Part shown: positions 59,707 through 64,000 of the stretch, in pieces
Position numbering within the stretch: the stretch's first letter is position 1
Layout: the number at the start of each line of letters is the position of its first letter
NCBI GenBank assembly: GCA_965223905.1
Contig: CBDCXV010000001.1
Location: forward strand, 1,440,001-1,504,000
Reading direction: 5' to 3'
Source: Candidatus Latescibacterota bacterium
Lineage (GTDB): Bacteria; Latescibacterota; UBA2968; UBA8231
Length of the DNA: 64,000 nt
Notes under the pieces: generated by a model
Told to the model about the DNA's origin: nothing
Seen by the model: only the letters and a program-made list of their open reading frames with translations
The model's database searches: none
Program-made: the position numbers and the translations under genes

Positions 59707-62427
59707 CTACAGCGCCCGCACTTGGATGAAAAACTCGGTGAACCGCTCTACCGGCTCTTTGGGCAGGGAGATCAGCTTCGAGAGGCTCGAGCGGAAACCC
59801 AAATTCACGCTCACGTCGTAGCCAGTGTAGTTGCCGGTGGTCTGGATGGCGCCGAGGTAGTGTCGGGCATCGAAGTCCCCCGCGGCGGCCTTCTCGTTGC
59901 GGTGCCTGTGCGGGAACCCTGGCAAGCCCTGGATTCCGGCCCGCAGGACCGTGGCGGGACTCAGTCCATAGTCCGCCTTGAGAATCGGAAACAGGTCGTA
60001 GGAGTAGACGTCAGCGAGCAGCTTGCCCGGCCCATCCCGCTTGAGCAGGATGAGCTTCGCCATCGGTGTCAGGGTCAGGTCGCCCCATTGGCAGCCGTAA
60101 TCCGCCTTGCTCATCAAGGTGTACTCGCGGACGTTGCCCGGGCTCTCTTCCGGGTTGTCCCGGCGCGCGTTCCTTTCGTACTTCACCGCATTGATGATGT
60201 TGAGACGGGGGACTCCAGTGTAGTGAGCTTCGACGAAAACAGTGTTGACCAGGCTGTCGCGCATCAACAGCTCGTCGGGCTTGAGACGGTAGAGGACCTG
60301 CGCCCGCGAGCCCTGATCGAAGGCGTGTTGGTATACCGGGTTTCGGATGTCGTCCCGGACCCGTTTGATGCGGTAGTTGAGCCGTATGCGTCCGCTCGCC
60401 TCGCCGCCCAGGGCGTACCTCGCTTCGGCGTAGCTCACCTCGTTGTCGCCGTCGCCCGCCCTCTGGTGCAGGTCGTAACGTCCCAGCCGCAGGTCGAGCC
60501 CCGCGGCGGGGTTGAAGCCGAGCATCCCGTGATACCCCTTCTGGTCGCGGTCGTAGGGATAGTCCGGTTTGTTGTCGTTCTCCCGCTCGTCGACGATGCC
60601 GTTGTTGTTGAAGTCGTCTCCGTACACGAACTCGTCGGGATCCGCCGCGTACATGAAGAACGGCTCCGCGTAGTCGGGGAACTGATTGCGGTTGACGTTT
60701 ACGTCCACGGTCCCGTCATCGTCGGCGTCCAGACCTGGAAACAGGCCGTGGCCGCCGCTCAGGCGATAGTCCCCGCTGCCCGGCGGGGTCCGGGCATCCG
60801 GATCGGTGAAGGTCCCGTCGGAATACCGCGGGTCGAGCGGATCCCAGTGTTCGACCACATCCGGCCACTCGTCACCGTCGTCGTTGTCGTCCACCAGGTC
60901 CGTGCGCAACAGCTTGTTGGCCCCGGTCGACCACACCGGAAGGGAAGTCTCGAAGCTCGCCGGCATATCCACGTACTCGAACCCGAGCTTCCATGACGAC
61001 CCGTTGCGCGCCAGCCTGAGGTAGTGGGCTCCGGTCCTTTTTTCGATCCGGTTCCCCTCGGAGGGAAACTGGAAGCGCTGGTTGTTGAGCACATAGGCGG
61101 CATCGAGAGTGGCGTCGAACAGCTTCAGGGTGACGTTGCTTCCGTACTGGGCAAGTCCGGTAGGAAACCCGTAATCGACCGTGACCCACTTCATGTTCGA
61201 GCCGTCGGCGACACGGCCGGGGGCCCGCGCGACGTTGTGCCAGTCGTCCCAGCGCGGCACGCCCGTTCCCTCGAAGCCGAATGAGGAGCCGACATCGATA
61301 CTGTAATCTCCGGAGATCCGCAGCCGATACTGCAGATTCTCCGCCGCTTCGGGAACCTCGTAGCGATAGATCAACAGATCGGTGCCGTTGACTTCCACGG
61401 GACCCATGCCCGGGTCCAGGGGAATGGCGCGAGTGAAGAACAGCCCATCCTCCCTGATGACGTTGTCGGCGTTGGGAATCTGTGGGGCCCATGCTCCGTC
61501 GCGCCGGATGTGGGGCACCTGGTCGATGTCGACGGTGAATGTCCTCAGCTCCTTGGCACCGCGAAATTCGACGATGGCGGCCCCCGGAAGGCGGCGGACG
61601 TCTGGCTCCAGGTCAAGGGGCACGCCGTCGGCAATGACCTCGATATCGAAAACTTTCGGGCCCCGTTCGTCCTGGGGCGAATCGTCGCTGACGATGACGA
61701 AGTAGGCCTCGGCCGGTTCGAGGCGGGTGGGAACATTGCCCCGCAGGCTGAGGTTGCGACGCTGCGAGTCCTGCAGGTGGAAGTTGACGTAGGATGCGCC
61801 GAAGGAGATGACGTCGCCCAGTTTGCTCTGCCAGTGACCGCCGAACAGGTAGTGGGAGAAGAAACGGTTGCCGCTCAACGGTCTGGGCGCCCGGGAGATG
61901 ACGGTCGAGAACCGATTCCGGTGGGAGGACGCATCCCAGCGGAATCCCTCGAGGCGTGACAGATTCAGAGTCAGGGGCGAGAAATGGCCGTCCAGAAGAT
62001 CTCCCATCATGAACCGGGTGCCCCAGCCCCGGTAGTCGTCGCGCATGATGACCATGTTCCTGAAGCGGCCGAGATTCCAGGAGGCGAAACTGCTGGCGAT
62101 GGGATTGAGCGTCCGCGTTTCCTGCGCCCGCAGGATCTCCTGTCCGTCTACGAGATAGATCCCGAAAGGGTCGTAAAGGGGCGCATCCCGCGTCAGGCCA
62201 TAGTCTCTGTAGCTCAGCAGACTGTAGTTCTCGTAGCGCTCCTCCCAGAGAGGGTAGTACTCCTTGTTGAGGAACTGCCGTTCCCCCGACCACGGGTCCT
62301 GACTCAGAAACTGGGCATGGGAGGCGCAGGCCCAGGCGATGCCGAGGAGGGAGATGGCCGCGAGTCGTGAAAAGGGAGCCCGCGGTGGCCCCGCCGCTGA
62401 GCTCTCAGTAGGCGACGGCGATGACAC
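59707..62427 (-). CDS. Secreted/outer-membrane protein, paralog 3
   Basis: Same blocks: FSPLTL, GFRWD, SDDSP, DDNDD.D..PD, LFPGLD, PDYAEPF, NNNG, PDYPY. Ends FFIQVRAL. Probable GTG start at 62427 before signal peptide ASHA-Q. Confidence 0.78.
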   Translation of the reverse strand: MSSPSPTESSAAGPPRAPFSRLAAISLLGIAWACASHAQFLSQDPWSGERQFLNKEYYPLWEERYENYSLLSYRDYGLTRDAPLYDPFGIYLVDGQEILRAQETRTLNPIASSFASWNLGRFRNMVIMRDDYRGWGTRFMMGDLLDGHFSPLTLNLSRLEGFRWDASSHRNRFSTVISRAPRPLSGNRFFSHYLFGGHWQSKLGDVISFGASYVNFHLQDSQRRNLSLRGNVPTRLEPAEAYFVIVSDDSPQDERGPKVFDIEVIADGVPLDLEPDVRRLPGAAIVEFRGAKELRTFTVDIDQVPHIRRDGAWAPQIPNADNVIREDGLFFTRAIPLDPGMGPVEVNGTDLLIYRYEVPEAAENLQYRLRISGDYSIDVGSSFGFEGTGVPRWDDWHNVARAPGRVADGSNMKWVTVDYGFPTGLAQYGSNVTLKLFDATLDAAYVLNNQRFQFPSEGNRIEKRTGAHYLRLARNGSSWKLGFEYVDMPASFETSLPVWSTGANKLLRTDLVDDNDDGDEWPDVVEHWDPLDPRYSDGTFTDPDARTPPGSGDYRLSGGHGLFPGLDADDDGTVDVNVNRNQFPDYAEPFFMYAADPDEFVYGDDFNNNGIVDERENDNKPDYPYDRDQKGYHGMLGFNPAAGLDLRLGRYDLHQRAGDGDNEVSYAEARYALGGEASGRIRLNYRIKRVRDDIRNPVYQHAFDQGSRAQVLYRLKPDELLMRDSLVNTVFVEAHYTGVPRLNIINAVKYERNARRDNPEESPGNVREYTLMSKADYGCQWGDLTLTPMAKLILLKRDGPGKLLADVYSYDLFPILKADYGLSPATVLRAGIQGLPGFPHRHRNEKAAAGDFDARHYLGAIQTTGNYTGYDVSVNLGFRSSLSKLISLPKEPVERFTEFFIQVRAL

Positions 62428-64000
62428 CGCTTCGCACCTCGTTACCGGTATCGAGACCGACTTCGACCCGGTAGAGGTAGAGTCCGGGAGGCACTGTGTT
62501 GCCGGTCCCGTCGGTTCCATCCCAGGTGCCGCGTGACCCGGGGCCGGCGTAAGCGCCAGCCGCAACCGGAGGAAGATCCAGGCTGCGCACCAACCCACCG
62601 TTGAGATCGAAGATCTCGATGGACACCTGGCGCGGCGTGTCGACGACGGACAGGACGAACTCGACAACCGTGCGGTCGTTGACCGCGTCACCGTTGGGAG
62701 TGATGAGCGGCGGGTTGGCTTGCACTGCGGACAACAAATCGCTCCGGGTCGTCGAGGTGGCGATGGACCAGGAGTAGGGCTCGTCCGTGAACGGATCCCG
62801 GTCCCGGTTCTCGGTCGCGTTGAGCGGGTTCGCCGAACCCTGACCCGTGGCCGGGCTGAAAAGAGAAGCCCGGAACAGGTGCGCACTGGCGTGGGTCCGG
62901 CTCCAGAACGGAATCTCCAGCCGCGTGGACTGGGTCAATGGCGGTGCAAACGTCAGTGTCAGGACCTGCTGCGTCGACTCCCAACCGGACAGGAGGTCGT
63001 TGACGGTAGCGCCATAGGCGAGTCGGGCGGCGCTGGGCACGTCGATAGCCAACTTTTCGACCCCGAGATCGCCGTCAGCGAACTCGAGATCGAGATAGTA
63101 GACGAACAGCGTATCCACACCCATGGCAACCCGGTTGGGCGCAACTCTGCCCCGCGCGGTCGACGCCGCGATCTCCGTGTCGAAGTCGATTTCAAGGTGC
63201 TCGATCCGGGGGGAGAGGTTGTCGTCGTTGGTGGCCAGGAGAATCCGGTACTGCAGCAGCCGTCCCGGTTCGGCATCGGGGAACCAGGCCCCGCTGGACT
63301 CCAGTTCGACCCAGCCCTCATCGGGGTTTTCGAAGTCGGCGGGAGCGTCACCCGCCCGGAGCTCGACAGACAATCGCGTCCGGTCCGGGACCGTCGCCTT
63401 CCAGCGTACCCGGCCGAAGTTTTTCCTTGAGGCGGAAGGCCCCACGGCAAGGGGATCGGACAGGAGGATACCCTCCTCGGCAAAGCCGTCGCCGAACACC
63501 TCGAACTCGGCGATTTTCGGGGGGCTGCTCGGATTGACATCGATGATGACGAAACGGACGAAACGCGTCCAAGTCGGTCGGAATTCCACTTCCGTCCATT
63601 CGAACTGGGCCGGGTCCACGTCCTCGCCGCTGCACGGCGATAGGGCACCGGGTTTGCACCCTATGTCGTGGCGCACTCCGACTTCGGTCCAACGTATCTG
63701 ATCGTCGCTGACCTGAACGGAATACCCCCGCAACGAGTTGGCCTCGAACTGCGACGCGATCCTGCCGTCGGTGATGAGCCTGACCTTGTGGATGAGCCGG
63801 CGTTCCTGCAGGTCTACCGAGGCAAAAAAGCTGAGCGCGCCGGAAGGGGCGTTCCAGGCCTTGGCCAGGTCTCCGTCCGAAACCTCGGGGTGGTTCGACG
63901 GCCGTCCCAGGGCCAGGTTTTCGCCGCCAATTCTTCCCAGGACAACGGCGCCGTTGACCGCGCTGGCATCGACGGAGTTGGGTACCCCAGCGACGAGAGC
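62405..64000 (-). CDS. Discoidin (F5/8 type C) domain protein with a C-terminal FlgD-Ig-like domain; 5' end outside the window
   Basis: Frame is open to 64000: ENLALGRP...SDGD...W...VDL, Y.+Q.S.D...W, RFVR...I.EFEVFG. C-terminus ITPNGD..ND...IFDLNG..VR.L...WDG.D..G..VPPGLY.Y. Confidence 0.85.
   Translation of the reverse strand, partial: ALVAGVPNSVDASAVNGAVVLGRIGGENLALGRPSNHPEVSDGDLAKAWNAPSGALSFFASVDLQERRLIHKVRLITDGRIASQFEANSLRGYSVQVSDDQIRWTEVGVRHDIGCKPGALSPCSGEDVDPAQFEWTEVEFRPTWTRFVRFVIIDVNPSSPPKIAEFEVFGDGFAEEGILLSDPLAVGPSASRKNFGRVRWKATVPDRTRLSVELRAGDAPADFENPDEGWVELESSGAWFPDAEPGRLLQYRILLATNDDNLSPRIEHLEIDFDTEIAASTARGRVAPNRVAMGVDTLFVYYLDLEFADGDLGVEKLAIDVPSAARLAYGATVNDLLSGWESTQQVLTLTFAPPLTQSTRLEIPFWSRTHASAHLFRASLFSPATGQGSANPLNATENRDRDPFTDEPYSWSIATSTTRSDLLSAVQANPPLITPNGDAVNDRTVVEFVLSVVDTPRQVSIEIFDLNGGLVRSLDLPPVAAGAYAGPGSRGTWDGTDGTGNTVPPGLYLYRVEVGLDTGNEVRSGVIAVAY

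Noticed and set aside
54106-62427. Asn-rich repeated block as the template/variable repeat of a diversity-generating retroelement
   Set aside because: The copies are in-frame parts of paralogous genes with general divergence, not adenine-specific differences, and no reverse transcriptase is present.
59707-62886. 1059-aa version of paralog 3 overlapping the upstream gene by about 480 bp
   Set aside because: The N-terminal extension is low-complexity shadow sequence. The signal peptide and homology begin near GTG 62427.

Overview
GC-rich bacterial chromosome window. Gene content suggests an FCB-type organism such as Ca. Latescibacterota (inference from a dockerin/EF-hand-like tail, a FlgD-Ig-like C-terminus, and many TPR/NHL/FG-GAP proteins). 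It has five blocks. (1) 1-16.2 kb is an accessory, defence-like island: two PD-(D/E)XK nucleases, a double-AAA ATPase split at a G8 tract, an internally deleted IS66, two type II TA loci, lipoproteins, a DnaB paralog with degenerate catalytic motifs, and a decayed TonB-dependent receptor. Four promoters here share a GCGAC-N7-GTCGCA box resembling WYL-activator (DriD/PafBC) sites. (2) 16.3-19.5 kb holds a dimethylformamidase large-subunit homolog and a PhyH dioxygenase. (3) 19.7-29.3 kb is a Wzx/Wzy-type polysaccharide cluster. (4) 29.8-38.4 kb is a cyclitol-catabolic operon with iolD, a 23-bp tandem repeat and atypical accessory enzymes, followed by divergent CRTAC1/ASPIC-UnbV + TPR modules (39.3-46.3 kb). 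(5) 46.3-64 kb is a long minus-strand operon: a discoidin/FlgD-like protein, three paralogous 925-970 aa acidic-loop putative beta-barrel proteins, a 1082-aa TPR protein, DUF4159 and a TonB-C/AgmX-like lipoprotein, a candidate undescribed trans-envelope machine. No rRNA, tRNA or CRISPR array was seen. All calls come from reading motifs by eye; no database searches were run.
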